From: Chitinivibrionales bacterium
GTDB taxonomy: Bacteria > Fibrobacterota > Chitinivibrionia > Chitinivibrionales > WJKA01
Direction: 5' to 3'
Assembly (NCBI GenBank): GCA_038247415.1
Contig: JBBRUX010000019.1
Span: 1 to 64,000 of the forward strand
Length of the DNA stretch: 64,000 nt
The notes under the pieces were generated by a model. That model worked only from the letters and a program-made list of their open reading frames with translations. It was not told where the DNA came from and ran no database searches. The position numbers and the translations under genes are program-made. Shown piece after piece: positions 18,975 through 30,250 of the stretch (the stretch's first letter is position 1; each line of letters begins with the position of its first letter).

Positions 18975-20897
18975 TCAATCGAGCGGTGATTCGGCTAGCT
19001 TGGCGAGGTCAACTGATAGGCTTTCCCACTCGTGCATGAGGTTACTAAGGGTTTCTTGAACCAGGTCAAATTTGGCATGCTCTTGCGAAAGGCGTTCAAA
19101 ATCGGCAGCAATAGAAGGATCTGCGAGAATTACCGAAAGGGATTCGGATTCCAATTCGGCAGCTTCAATCTGTTTTTCGATCTTTTCGAGTGCACGTTCT
19201 TTCTTTTTGCGTTCTTCGCGCAGTTGCATTCGTTGGGACTTTGAGCTGGTTTCGGGCGAGGGCGTTTCGGAAGTGGTTTGTTTTTCGGCAAGAGACGGGA
19301 AATGTCCATTTTCAATGTAATACCGGTAATCTGAAAATGACCCTGGAAAATCGCGGAATGCTTGAGGACGCATTTCGATAATCCGGGTGGCAATGCGTGA
19401 GATAAAGCGCTCATCATGAGATACAACAATCATGGTGCCATTAAAAGCACATAATGCTTCGCCCAGAAGGTCTATTGTTTCTATGTCAAGATGGTTCGTC
19501 GGTTCGTCGAGCAAGAGCACATTCCCAGGATCTGCTAAAATGGTGGCCAATGACACGCGCGATTTTTCTCCCCCCGACAAGACGCCAACTTTTTTAAGAG
19601 CTTCATCCCCCGAAAAAAGAAATGCCCCAAGAATCGACTGAATATGTGTTTTATTGCTCGAATGGGCTACTGCACCAATCGTATCGAAAAGGGTCATGTC
19701 GGCATCGAGCTGATCGAGGCGATGCTGGCTGAAATACCGAAGGGTTACATTATGTCCAAGTGCGATGGTTCCACTTTGTGAAGAAATAATACCAGCACAC
19801 GCTTTAAGCAGCGTTGATTTACCTGCACCATTGGGGCCTATGAGCGCAATACGGTCGCCACGCTTTACAGAAAGTGATAAATTTTCAAAGACAGGCGTTA
19901 CGCCATAGCCAACTGTAATAGAGCTACACAAAATGGGAACAACGCCGCACACAGGAGCATCGGGGAAGCTAAATCGGACTGTTTTTGTTGATGCAATGGC
20001 TGGGGGTAATTCGGCCTTGAGCTTTTCGAGTTGCTTCATTTTAGACTGCGCTGCCGCTGCCTTGGTTGCCTTAGATTTAAAGGTATTTATGAACAGCTCA
20101 GTTTTTTCGATGTGATCGAGCAGCGTTTTGCGGCGTCGTTCAATGAGCTCACTTTGTTCTGTCTTCCAGGCAAAAAAAGCATCGATACTCCCTGTATATT
20201 GCAAAAGGGAACCCGCAGAAAGCTCTGCGGTATTTGTTGTCACACGGGATAAAAAATCACGATCGTGGCTTACAATCAGCATTCCGCCTTTAAAGCGGAT
20301 GAGCATTCGTTCTAGCCAGATAAGCGAATCCATGTCCAAGTGGTTTGTAGGTTCATCTAAAAGTAAAAAATCGGGTGCCCGCAAAAGCAATTGCGCCAAA
20401 AGAACGCGCATGCGGAACCCGCCCGAAAGCGCAGACATGGGTTTGCCCCAAAACGGCTGTGGGACGGCAAGTCCTGCTAGAAGTTCTTCTGCTCGCGCGG
20501 GCAATGAATACGCATCTACCGCGTGCATTTCGTCGGTCATTTTAGAAAGTGATTGCGTTGCTTTTGCCAAGGATGCTGCATCGGCATTTGCTACCTGATC
20601 GTAGGCGTGCGATGCATCGAGCAGATGGGCAAAAGGCTTTAAAACAAGATCGAGCGGCGTTATCGTAAGATCGAAAAAAGATTCCTGAGGTAAATAACCA
20701 ATAGAAATATTCCCCGGAATGAGAATTTCCCCTTTGTCGAGTTGCTCCTCGCCCGCCATAACGCGCAAAAGCACCGTTTTCCCTGCGCCATTAGGGCCAA
20801 TGAGTCCGGTGCGAATGTCTGGGTTGATGGCTTGAGTGAGATTATTGAAGAGGACTTTTGGCCCGAATTGCTTATGTATCGAACTGAGGGTAATCAT
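18975..20897 (-). CDS. ABC-F family ATP-binding protein
   Basis: Two ABC domains (GPNGAGKT/S, LSGG, LLLDEPTNHLD); no TM segments; coiled-coil tail. Confidence 0.93.
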   Translation of the reverse strand: MITLSSIHKQFGPKVLFNNLTQAINPDIRTGLIGPNGAGKTVLLRVMAGEEQLDKGEILIPGNISIGYLPQESFFDLTITPLDLVLKPFAHLLDASHAYDQVANADAASLAKATQSLSKMTDEMHAVDAYSLPARAEELLAGLAVPQPFWGKPMSALSGGFRMRVLLAQLLLRAPDFLLLDEPTNHLDMDSLIWLERMLIRFKGGMLIVSHDRDFLSRVTTNTAELSAGSLLQYTGSIDAFFAWKTEQSELIERRRKTLLDHIEKTELFINTFKSKATKAAAAQSKMKQLEKLKAELPPAIASTKTVRFSFPDAPVCGVVPILCSSITVGYGVTPVFENLSLSVKRGDRIALIGPNGAGKSTLLKACAGIISSQSGTIALGHNVTLRYFSQHRLDQLDADMTLFDTIGAVAHSSNKTHIQSILGAFLFSGDEALKKVGVLSGGEKSRVSLATILADPGNVLLLDEPTNHLDIETIDLLGEALCAFNGTMIVVSHDERFISRIATRIIEMRPQAFRDFPGSFSDYRYYIENGHFPSLAEKQTTSETPSPETSSKSQRMQLREERKKKERALEKIEKQIEAAELESESLSVILADPSIAADFERLSQEHAKFDLVQETLSNLMHEWESLSVDLAKLAESPLD

Positions 20898-21111
20898 AGG
20901 GTTGTGCTATCGATTGGTTGTGCATTGGTAGTTGAATGGTATAAAATACTGCGAGGTTAGAAAAGGTGTGATTTAAATGTAAAAAAGATGCTTTATACCG
21001 GCCACTGGGATATCTCTCCCCTCTCGATCGCAGTATTGATTCGTTTGGTCTGAACGTATTTTTAAAGCGTTGTTAGGTATTCCTGATCTTTAAAGAAATG
21101 GCCTTACTTAC

Positions 21112-22698
21112 ATGCGCTATGGTAAACAGATAGCCTCAATTTTTATAGCTTGCAGCATACTTGCGTTATCGGAATGCAAACAACACGAATCTGCTAAGGC
21201 ACCAGAGTCTCTAATCGTCTGCGATACCTTTTCGGTTATGTCGTATAATGTCGAGGGAATATTTGATCTGGTGAAGGATGGAACAGAATACCCTGAATAT
21301 GTCCCTGGTAATGCTAACTGGAATGTAAAAACATGGCGGATAAAAATCGATAATATCGCTTCGGTGATTGCCGAGGCAAAACCTTCTGTGGTTATTATTT
21401 CTGAAATCGAAAACAAAAAGGCGTTATCTGATTTAGTAAAGATACTACGGGAAGATGGAATGCGCTATCCCTATTCGTATGCAGCGGCAAAAAATGGTGG
21501 AGGGGCTACAACGTTAGGTATTCTTTCTCGATGTAAGCTTATTAAAGTTTCTGAAATCGAGGTTGATTTACCGGGGAGAACTCTTACACGGCCGATTCTT
21601 GAGGCGAAGGTTGCATGCGGCGGAACAACGCTTACTATTTTTGGTGTACATTTTCCCTCACAGCTTCATCCAGAGTCCTATCGAATTGCAGCGGCCAAAA
21701 TTGTTCGGCAAAAAATCGAACAGTTACCCCTAGGCTCCGAATATCTTGTTGCCGGAGATTTTAATGAAGGCTACGATGCCTGGCAAGCGATAGAATTTAA
21801 TAAGAATAACGATTGTGCTGGGCAAACTGCACTTAATGATGTTTTAAAAACTACTTCGGGTTCGTCTTTTGGCCCACGGGAATTATTTACGACACAAACT
21901 ATTATTAACAGTAAAGAAAACGGGTTGGTTGATTTATGGATAACGCTTCCGCTTTCTCAACGGTTTAGTTATATCTACCAAGGAAGACATGAGACGCTCG
22001 ATCATATGTTGCTTTCCAGAACGCTCTTTGATTCCAGTGGAATATCGTTTGTATCAGGCTCATTTTTGGCTTTTAAAGCTGGGGGGCGTTTATTGCGGGA
22101 TGATGTTCCGTTTCGCTGGCAGGTTACCTACTCTAAAGCAGGGAAAACCCATGTGGGAGAGGGTTATTCCGATCATTTGCCGGTTATGGCGACGTTTGCA
22201 CGAGGGGGCTATCGCGATAGTAAAAAAAGTGGGCCTCCATTATCCGATTTAGCAACACCCGGGAATACCGATTCAAAGGGTTCTACACAGGCTTCCATAA
22301 GCGGAAGTGGGTGGCAGACGTGTTGTGCATTTGTTACCTGCGAATCGACCGATGATCAAAAGCTCTTTACTGTCAAGGGCATGGTCAAAAATAATGGATG
22401 CGTTGTACAAGCGCGCATAGCGTCTATCGGGGTATCAAAAAAAGTGACGTTTGTGCTAAAAGGAAGGGGAAAGCTTGACATTAGAACACGTGTGCCGGGC
22501 TCACGGTATTGCTATTATAATGGGCCTACTTTTAAACCCTCAAAATCGGGTCGCTATACACCTTATTCGTTCGATTCTTTTCATCGTATCAGTATTGCCT
22601 TGCCAGAAGTTGAATCTGGACCCTGGGAACTTGAAATTCGTGGTGCAAAAGGTGGAATGATCAACTGCATAGTGGGCGCGCCAGAAACCGGAGGGTAG
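21112..22698 (+). CDS. Secreted endonuclease/exonuclease/phosphatase family protein
   Basis: SYNVE, SEIEN, HFPS, AGDFNE, LDHM, YSDHLPV; signal peptide. Confidence 0.85.
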   Translation: MRYGKQIASIFIACSILALSECKQHESAKAPESLIVCDTFSVMSYNVEGIFDLVKDGTEYPEYVPGNANWNVKTWRIKIDNIASVIAEAKPSVVIISEIENKKALSDLVKILREDGMRYPYSYAAAKNGGGATTLGILSRCKLIKVSEIEVDLPGRTLTRPILEAKVACGGTTLTIFGVHFPSQLHPESYRIAAAKIVRQKIEQLPLGSEYLVAGDFNEGYDAWQAIEFNKNNDCAGQTALNDVLKTTSGSSFGPRELFTTQTIINSKENGLVDLWITLPLSQRFSYIYQGRHETLDHMLLSRTLFDSSGISFVSGSFLAFKAGGRLLRDDVPFRWQVTYSKAGKTHVGEGYSDHLPVMATFARGGYRDSKKSGPPLSDLATPGNTDSKGSTQASISGSGWQTCCAFVTCESTDDQKLFTVKGMVKNNGCVVQARIASIGVSKKVTFVLKGRGKLDIRTRVPGSRYCYYNGPTFKPSKSGRYTPYSFDSFHRISIALPEVESGPWELEIRGAKGGMINCIVGAPETGG

Positions 22699-22776
22699 GG
22701 GTGTGGCTTTTGGGAAATTTGTACGAGCTTCAATCGCGGCATCCGGTTATACTCACTCCCAAACGCCACGTGTAAC

Positions 22777-23967
22777 CTAAAGCATGAATGTGAGCGTAAG
22801 TCCCCAGTTGTTTTTGCTTATGTAAAGATCGGCTGCAAAGGGGCTCACCGAAAAGCCACCGCCACCAATAATAAGATTTTCGTTGATTTTAGATCCTTTG
22901 GAAATAAGCTCCCCAAGGGATACTACCATGGGCGCAGAAGCATACCCAAAACGTAAAGCATAATACCCAAGAAAACGAGCTTCAACTCCAGCCCGCAGAG
23001 TCATGCGCGTTGGGGTGCCTCTATCAAAAAGTCCAATAAAAGCAAGGTCTGCAGGAATAATAAGAGTCACTTTATCTTCGAGAATTGGTGTTGTATAGGC
23101 AATACCAACGGTTATTCGCCGATACGAAGCAGGGAGCCATCCTTGCGTTTTTTCGGATTGCCAGGAATAGTAGTTTGAATCCAGATACGAAGTTACCTGC
23201 GACGAATCGACTCGATGGGTTGTATCGTTGATGGCATATGAAAGAGGTATGTGCTGGGTAAGTAGCGTGGGAGAATGTTCTTTCCATGCATATGCCAGAA
23301 GGTTATGAACACTCAGCCCAAAATCGAGACGATCCGCAACATTTTTTTGAAAAAATCCAAGATCGACAATGAATCGTTGATCAAACACCGTGCCTTCGGC
23401 GGGTAGGCCTGAAAAGATGCGGGCTATGGGTGCAGTTGTATCGGTGCGTAAAGAGAATGCCGAATCCAGATCGGTTCTTATCCAGCGGGTTCGTTCGTAG
23501 CGAATGCTTATCCCATAGTCAACCGCTCCCTGGGAGAGACTTTTTTCAAAGAGTCGCCCCGAAAGATTCAGCGTGCCTTCGTGCTGATAATGTGTTGCCG
23601 ATTGCCGAAGATATCGGTAGCTTATGCCAATAGTGCCGGCACTCCCTAAATTATAGCAAATCCCCTCGGGAACAACATGTTCGCCAAAGAGTGAGTCGCG
23701 CGCATAGCCAAGCGATATAACTCCGCGTGTTATCTGATTGTTGACAAGAAACGCATTGGGCAGAGCAGGGTTAAGTGTTGCTGCTGACATTGGCCCCAAA
23801 AGCGCGCATCCGGCACCCGCCATTGCTGCACTACGAGCATCGGAAAAACTGAGCTGTGCAGAGAGGTAGACATCGGGGTCGGTGGATACTCTTTCTGCAA
23901 ACGTATGCGTAGAAAAAAGAACTGCTATTCCAAGCGCGCCAAGTACTGCATTAATAAAATGTTTCAT
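22777..23967 (-). CDS. Outer-membrane beta-barrel, PorV/FadL-like
   Basis: Signal peptide; ARSAAMAGA...NPA N-terminal plug motif; LRFGY strand. Confidence 0.55.
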   Translation of the reverse strand: MKHFINAVLGALGIAVLFSTHTFAERVSTDPDVYLSAQLSFSDARSAAMAGAGCALLGPMSAATLNPALPNAFLVNNQITRGVISLGYARDSLFGEHVVPEGICYNLGSAGTIGISYRYLRQSATHYQHEGTLNLSGRLFEKSLSQGAVDYGISIRYERTRWIRTDLDSAFSLRTDTTAPIARIFSGLPAEGTVFDQRFIVDLGFFQKNVADRLDFGLSVHNLLAYAWKEHSPTLLTQHIPLSYAINDTTHRVDSSQVTSYLDSNYYSWQSEKTQGWLPASYRRITVGIAYTTPILEDKVTLIIPADLAFIGLFDRGTPTRMTLRAGVEARFLGYYALRFGYASAPMVVSLGELISKGSKINENLIIGGGGFSVSPFAADLYISKNNWGLTLTFML

Positions 23968-24085
23968 GAAAGAAAATTAAATCAGGGAAGGATAGAAATT
24001 TAAAAGAAATTCTTGAGATGCCTCTTTCAAGGCCCGAGTAGGGCCTAAAGGGCTTAACCGTGTTGATGCTAAAAAAGGTATCACC

Positions 24086-25435
24086 TTATTTACAGATAAG
24101 TAGAGATGTACACACTTGTCTATTACCACTGCGCGCTTTGAAAATATACGCTCCGGTATGCAGTTTGTTCATGGGGATGTTCCATTGGTTCTTAGCGCCC
24201 GTAGTAGTCAAAGTATGTCCTGCTAAATCGGTTACCATCGCAGAAATAAACAATTCGCCAGAAAGAGAAATTGAATAATAACCTGATCTTTTATGGATTG
24301 AGATGATAGGCTGCGAAGAAATGGGCTTGGCCTGGGCAGCAAGAGCAGTCGACTTATTGGGGCCTTCTCCATTGGCGATCCACATATCACCGATCCTATC
24401 ACGAAATGCATCGGTATTATCTGACACGCGAACAAATGTTGCATCGGTAAATGAATCGTTAAATTTCCCTATGCAAAATTCACCTGCTTTATAGGTGCCG
24501 TCCCCTTGTAAAGGGTAAGAAATCGAAATAAATTTTGAGCTGTTTGAGAAACGAGGGCCATTGGCATCTTTATACGTATTTCCTGGCAGTTTGCTTGCAA
24601 TACTTATCAGACGAACTTTTGCGCTGTTACTGGCTAAAACATCGTATCGATCGAACATATGGAGACTATTATGCGCCTCATTAAAATGAAAAAAGCGGTA
24701 ACTGGTATCTGGTGCCATGTTAGGCCAGCACGAAAGATTGTCTCCTGTAACACCCGACATGCTTGTGCCTGCCTTAGAAGAAAAATTATAAACAAACATA
24801 TACGGCCAATTATTCATGCCGCCCAGTTTTCCATCTCCCGAGACGAGCATGGGCGCGCGGAATGGATCGGTGGACCCCGATTGATCAAAAACTTTCGTTC
24901 CGCTGCCAACAACACTTCCGTTGAGAAATTCAATTTTGTAAATAACTTTGTAGAAAGGTTCTTCTATTTTTGTTGCGGGAGTCCCAGCCGCATCGGTTGT
25001 GTAGAGGTATTCTTTCTTTGCAACATCATCCCATTGACAAGAAAGAACAAAGTAGTTTCCTGTTGAGATCAGATCTTTTTTTCCAGAACCATCCCACTTG
25101 ATAATAATTGATTTTGTATTTTTAACATCGCTCCAAATCACATAGTCACCAGATCGGGTAATAATTGGTGAAACATGCTGGGCTACTGTGGCATCGAGGG
25201 TTCGGATTGCAGTTTCACTTGTTCCGAAACAAACGAGAGTCGTTGCTACGCCTGCATTATAGAGACATGATGGAGAAGAAGTAAAATCTGATGCGGACTG
25301 AGCTGCTCTTACCCACACAGCTTTTGCAGGTATATTCCCTGTTAGGGTTAAAATATCTTGCTGGGTAGTGGAAAAAAGAGTTGAGCTTATACAACCAACA
25401 AGCAGAAGAAATTTCTGAAATTGCGATGATTTCAT
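24086..25435 (-). CDS. Secreted beta-propeller-like protein with T9SS-type C-terminal domain
   Basis: Signal peptide MKSSQFQKFLLL; TolB-like repeats; C-terminus VTDLAGHTL...TGAYIFK. Confidence 0.65.
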   Translation of the reverse strand: MKSSQFQKFLLLVGCISSTLFSTTQQDILTLTGNIPAKAVWVRAAQSASDFTSSPSCLYNAGVATTLVCFGTSETAIRTLDATVAQHVSPIITRSGDYVIWSDVKNTKSIIIKWDGSGKKDLISTGNYFVLSCQWDDVAKKEYLYTTDAAGTPATKIEEPFYKVIYKIEFLNGSVVGSGTKVFDQSGSTDPFRAPMLVSGDGKLGGMNNWPYMFVYNFSSKAGTSMSGVTGDNLSCWPNMAPDTSYRFFHFNEAHNSLHMFDRYDVLASNSAKVRLISIASKLPGNTYKDANGPRFSNSSKFISISYPLQGDGTYKAGEFCIGKFNDSFTDATFVRVSDNTDAFRDRIGDMWIANGEGPNKSTALAAQAKPISSQPIISIHKRSGYYSISLSGELFISAMVTDLAGHTLTTTGAKNQWNIPMNKLHTGAYIFKARSGNRQVCTSLLICK

Positions 25436-25631
25436 GCTGATATATCCTTTGAAATACTCTGCATTGAGAGAGTGAATGTGCTCTGTGCTCAAGAAAAGAG
25501 CGATACTTGCTTATTATCAATTAAGGCGCGGTCGCGAGCAGGTGCGCTTAATCTGATACAGTATAAAATAGGGGAAAACAGAGGAACAGTTGAGGCAATT
25601 GGTTGATTTGGATAATTTTTGAAGTATTAAT

Positions 25632-25667
25632 AAAAAAATAAAGCACTGAACCTATTGAGTTCAGTGC
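25632..25667 (-). terminator. Intrinsic terminator
   Basis: GCACTGAAC-N7-GTTCAGTGC with an A-run on the + strand (U-tract on -), just after the 25703 stop. Confidence 0.7.
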
Positions 25668-25702
25668 CTTGTCGAGATTAAGTGCTTTTAATGTTTACGG
25701 AG

Positions 25703-26446
25703 TTATCTCTGATCAACCGCTATATTCACAACCGTTACTTTGTCGGTTTTGAGGTTGGTGAGCGTTGCCTGAGCTGTACCAGCTCCAAGGTATTCTACGG
25801 TAAACGTTTTATTTGGGAACGTTGCTGAAACGGTTCCACTTTCTGGGAACTGCCATAAATGATTGACTAAATGACGTGTGACATTGGTGATGGTTCCTGT
25901 TGCAAATGTTTCGGTATCGTAGGTACCGATAGCGTTTCCATTTTTAACAAGGGTAGTATCGCTTGCGGTTTTGGTTAGTACGCTATTCATAGTAAATACA
26001 ACATTCGCTTCGTCGCCACCACGAGTTTGGGTAACATGTCGTATATGGGAAATATGGTCTACCGTTGCAAGTGTTGGAGCTGCAATTTTCTGATTGGAAG
26101 CATCGTAAAAAGTTACGGTATCAATACGAGTGCGAGAGTATCCGCTTGATATAGTAAACATTGCATTCCGAATCCAGCTCATGCTGGCTGCATCGTAGGC
26201 ATAGGGATGAAGCTTCCAGTTGATATACGTTGTATCAAGCGATGCATCGGTTTTTGAAAGTGATGCTGGTGCCATGATTGTTCCTACATCGGCACTCATA
26301 TTCGATGACTCATCTGAAGTGAATTGTGCGGTTGCAAGGTTATTATCACGTGTGGTAGGATTAAAAAAGCAGCCAGGTAAAAATGCTGCCATGCTCAGAG
26401 CAGAAACACCAAGAAACACAACTTTTTTTGTGTGTGAAAGAAACAT
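25703..26446 (-). CDS. Thr-rich lipoprotein of unknown function
   Basis: AAGGGG RBS; lipobox LPGC; beta-rich sequence. Confidence 0.7.
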   Translation of the reverse strand: MFLSHTKKVVFLGVSALSMAAFLPGCFFNPTTRDNNLATAQFTSDESSNMSADVGTIMAPASLSKTDASLDTTYINWKLHPYAYDAASMSWIRNAMFTISSGYSRTRIDTVTFYDASNQKIAAPTLATVDHISHIRHVTQTRGGDEANVVFTMNSVLTKTASDTTLVKNGNAIGTYDTETFATGTITNVTRHLVNHLWQFPESGTVSATFPNKTFTVEYLGAGTAQATLTNLKTDKVTVVNIAVDQR

Positions 26447-26649
26447 AAGAGCCCCCTTTATTGAGTGATGAGTGATTGTCGAAACGTGATGCATGGTAAC
26501 GCGAAGAGCGTGCCAATTCAAAAAAACGGTATTCTTGGCCTGTTTTGTGAAAAGAATTAAATAAGCGTACGGGGTGGTACAGCAGTGTATTCCGAAATGC
26601 TCAGTAATAAAGGCTTTTAACGAATTTTTCAAAAATTGGGAATAAATTC

Positions 26650-26919
26650 TTATAAGCTCATTAGTACAAGGTTACAGGCTTTTAGTTGCGAGTATATTGC
26701 ATCGAGCTGTTCTTTGCTTTGAGCCATAAATGTTGCCGTTATCGAGAGATATTTGCCATTAGCACTTTCGCGGGAAGTGTATTCGATTGGCTCCTCGGTG
26801 CGAAGATGCTGTGCAATAATACCAGAAACTGCTGGCAAAAATTCTGGGACATTGCGCCCCATTACCTTAAGGGGAAAAGCAACGGGGAATTTTAGGAGCG
26901 ATTCGGTAGTCGGTTCCAC
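26650..26919 (-). CDS. DUF493/YbeD family protein
   Basis: LLKFPVAFPLKVMG...SANGKYLSIT...EQLDAIY. Confidence 0.85.
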   Translation of the reverse strand: MEPTTESLLKFPVAFPLKVMGRNVPEFLPAVSGIIAQHLRTEEPIEYTSRESANGKYLSITATFMAQSKEQLDAIYSQLKACNLVLMSL

Positions 26920-27129
26920 ACAGAGTCCTCAGTAATAGTATTGATGCCTCATAATTCACAGCATGCAAAAAATACATGCTGGAAATCCGAAGGTTTAGTG
27001 GATGTACAAAGCAAACATTGAAGCACCGTGCATCTGAGTGTATTTTCAAATCCGTTCATTACAAGATCATCATATTTTTTACAAGGCTAACGCATCATTT
27101 TTAAATCTACTCCTATATCTGACATATAG

Positions 27130-28800
27130 ACACTTCATGATGTTGAGCTTCATCGCAATGCGCTTGTGCTGATCCCAAATGCATCGGGGGCACCATTTCG
27201 CGCCGTACTTATTGAACCTGGTCCAAAGGACACTAAGCCGCGCATCTTTTGTGACTGCAAAAAGGGGCGGCACGCATCATGCGATCATGGGGCTTTGCTT
27301 ATGCGACTGCTTGCAGAGTAATGTATGGTACTTACGTCTATCGTGCCGAAAAAAAGCGTATTGTCAATCTTGATGCGGCGAGTGTAAAGTTATGTGCTTT
27401 GGGTTTTGGCGTCTTTAAAGAGTTTTCTCCTGAAGCACTGGCTGAGTATCTTTATGTAAATAGGTCGGCACTTTCTTTTTTTAGGGGTTGCTTGTTGTGA
27501 AAGAAATTAATGTGCATGATGAGGAGATGAAAAAGCTCCTCACCTTGCAGCCACTGCAACCCGTTGGCCCGTTAAAAACGTATGCGGGTACTTTACGGCA
27601 TTATCAGAAGACTGGTCTTGATTGGCTTATGTTTTTATACGACAACGGATTTGGCGGTTTACTGTGCGATGATATGGGCCTTGGTAAAACGCATCAGATT
27701 ATTGCGCTTATTGCGGCAATACGCGAACAGAGAACAAAAAGTGGCCGTATGATTGTGGTGTGCCCTGCAACCGTGGTTAGCCATGGGGAAAAAGTATTGT
27801 CACAGTTTGGTGCAGCGCTTGACGTGCATATTTTTTATGGCCAGGACCGTAATGTAAAGATCTTTGAGAAAAAACGGTCTTTGGTCCTAACCTCCTATGG
27901 TATTGTGCGTAATGACATTGACATTTTTTCGAGTATAGAATTTGATTGCGCGTTCTTTGATGAAGCGCAGAATTTAAAAATCCTGGTGCCGAAATGAGCA
28001 AGGCTGCAATGAAACTGCGAGCTCGCATGAAATATTGCCTTACGGGAACGCCCGTTGAAAATAGTGTGGTCGACCTTAAATCCCGTATGGATCTTGCCGT
28101 TATTGGCTATCTTGGCACAGAAATTCTTGAAACCCAAGCCGGAGAACTTAAAACCGATCTACTCAACACAACCGTTGCTATTCCGTTTTTACATGTTTTT
28201 GCGGTGCTTACCACATTAAAGCAGGTGGGTAATCACCCCGCGTTGTATTTAGACAGACTTATCGATTACCCCGATTTCGCAAGCGGTAAATCGGATCTCT
28301 TTTGTGAATTAGTCGCAGAAGCCCTTGGCGCACAGCGCAAAATTGTTATTTTTGCACAATTTTTAGGCATGGTCGAAATCATACGTTTGTATCTGACTTC
28401 GCAGCAGATTGGTCATGTCTGCCTCACAGGATCTTCAACCAATCGTGGTGCGATAGTTAAAAATTTCAATACCGATCCCCAGTGCAGGGTGTTTATAGGG
28501 AGCCTAAAAGCAGGTGGCGTGGGAATAGATCTGACTGCAGCATCTGTAGTTATTCATTACGATCGCTGGTGGAATGCTGCGCGAGAAAATCAGGCAACCG
28601 ACCGAGTGTATCGCATTAGTCAAGGAAGAGGAGTGTCGGTATTTAAGCTTATTTCTAGGGGAACATTGGAAGAAAAGATCGACCAGATAATCCAGCGAAA
28701 AAAGGATCTTGCAGAAGCAGTGCTCAATCAGGATGATGCAATCGTAACCAAGTCGTTTACACGAGAAGAGTTGCTTGAATTGCTTGATCTTGCAGTTTAA
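27130..28800 (+). pseudogene. SWIM zinc finger + SNF2 helicase, frameshifted and internally deleted
   Basis: FCDCKKGRHASCDH SWIM motif near 27247; LRHYQ, LCDDMGLGKT, DEAQ; frameshift near 27990; LTGTPVEN, NHP, GGVGIDL, QATDRVYR. Confidence 0.85.
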
Positions 28801-28804
28801 ACGC

Positions 28805-30250
28805 TTACGAAGCCAAAATCACGTCTTCGAGGGTTCTTATGTCAATATGTGCAATTTTTGGCGCAATGAGCTTATGCTTTACCTGATCACGCATGACATC
28901 AAATTCAGCATAGGCTTGTTTGTCAACCTCTAAGGTATTTGCTCGGAATACGAGGTTACTTACCAAAATGCTAAACGGATTGCGGCCTTGCAAAATCCCT
29001 CTTATAAGGCGAAGGATGATGCGTGGATACGAATAAAATGCAGCATAACAACGATGTCGTTCGTCTTTGATTTGAGCCCATGATAAGTTTTTATACCGTG
29101 CCACAGGAAAAGTAAGCGTAAAGTATTTCCAGTCGTCTGGAAAGTTGTTGGAAAGTATTCTTCCTTCGCTGTGCATGCTCTCCCAAAGTTTAGTGCCTGG
29201 AAGTGGCGTAAGTACCATAACATTGAGGACATCGACGCCATATTTTTTTGCACTTGTTGCCACGAGTGCTCCGATACCTTCTTTGTCAACATCCAGACCT
29301 AAAATAAACGACCCCAGCACCGTCATACCATGGTGTTGAATGCGGCTCACCGATGCTCTGAAATTGCGATCGCTTTTCATAGCAAATTTCTTGCTTACTT
29401 CTGCAAGTCCTTCTGCCGACGTAGACTCAAATCCAATGAATACTCCAATACATCCCGCTTTTTGAGCAAGAGAAAGAAGTTCTTCGTCGTCGGCCATATT
29501 TATGGTAACTTGTGCGATCCATTGCTTACGAAGCTTTGCTTTGATCATTTCCCGAAGGAGGCTTTTTGTATCGGAGATATGTTCGGAGCGCGTGCCTATC
29601 AGGTTATCATCTACAATAAGAACATATTTTTCTTTGATCGTTTTAAATTCTTCAATAATTTTATCGATAGGACGTCGTCTAAATCGTCCGCCATTAAAGG
29701 TTGTCACGCTGCAAAAACTGCATGCAAGTGGACATCCTCGCGATGTCTGGATAGATCCGATGCTATAACCTTCGGAAAGTAAATCGTGTCGAGCAGATGG
29801 CACATTATCAAGATCGATGCGCTCGCCTTTGTATTGTTTTTGCAGTGTTCCGTTTTGAAAGTCTTTTAAAACGGTGCTCCATATGCTTTCGGCCTCACCA
29901 AGCACCACTGCATCCACACGCGATGCTGCTTCATCTGCACACATGGTCGCATGAATTCCTCCCATGATAACGGGAATATGTCGCGCACGAAAGTCTTGGG
30001 CAATTTCATAGGCTCTATTTGCTTGCGATGTAAAGGCTGTAATTCCTACGAGGTCTGGTTTTGGTAGGCTTGCAAAGTCTATCGTTTCTTTGTTTTCATC
30101 AAAAATCTGGATATCCCAATCGGAGGGGGTAAGGCCTGCAAGAGCCAAAAGTCCAAGAGGTTTCCAAATGGTGTATTTGTTCCAATAGCTTTCGCGAGCT
30201 TTTACCATACTAACAAGAGGATTACACGGATTGATAAGATACAAACGCAT
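28805..30250 (-). CDS. B12-binding domain radical SAM protein
   Basis: PLGLL, GGIHAT, SRGCPLACSFC (CxxxCxxC), GFES, TPLPGT. Confidence 0.92.
   Translation of the reverse strand: MRLYLINPCNPLVSMVKARESYWNKYTIWKPLGLLALAGLTPSDWDIQIFDENKETIDFASLPKPDLVGITAFTSQANRAYEIAQDFRARHIPVIMGGIHATMCADEAASRVDAVVLGEAESIWSTVLKDFQNGTLQKQYKGERIDLDNVPSARHDLLSEGYSIGSIQTSRGCPLACSFCSVTTFNGGRFRRRPIDKIIEEFKTIKEKYVLIVDDNLIGTRSEHISDTKSLLREMIKAKLRKQWIAQVTINMADDEELLSLAQKAGCIGVFIGFESTSAEGLAEVSKKFAMKSDRNFRASVSRIQHHGMTVLGSFILGLDVDKEGIGALVATSAKKYGVDVLNVMVLTPLPGTKLWESMHSEGRILSNNFPDDWKYFTLTFPVARYKNLSWAQIKDERHRCYAAFYSYPRIILRLIRGILQGRNPFSILVSNLVFRANTLEVDKQAYAEFDVMRDQVKHKLIAPKIAHIDIRTLEDVILAS

Noticed and set aside
22703..22769. 13-bp inverted repeat with a long loop between convergent genes
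   Set aside because: Single occurrence; most simply a terminator-like structure
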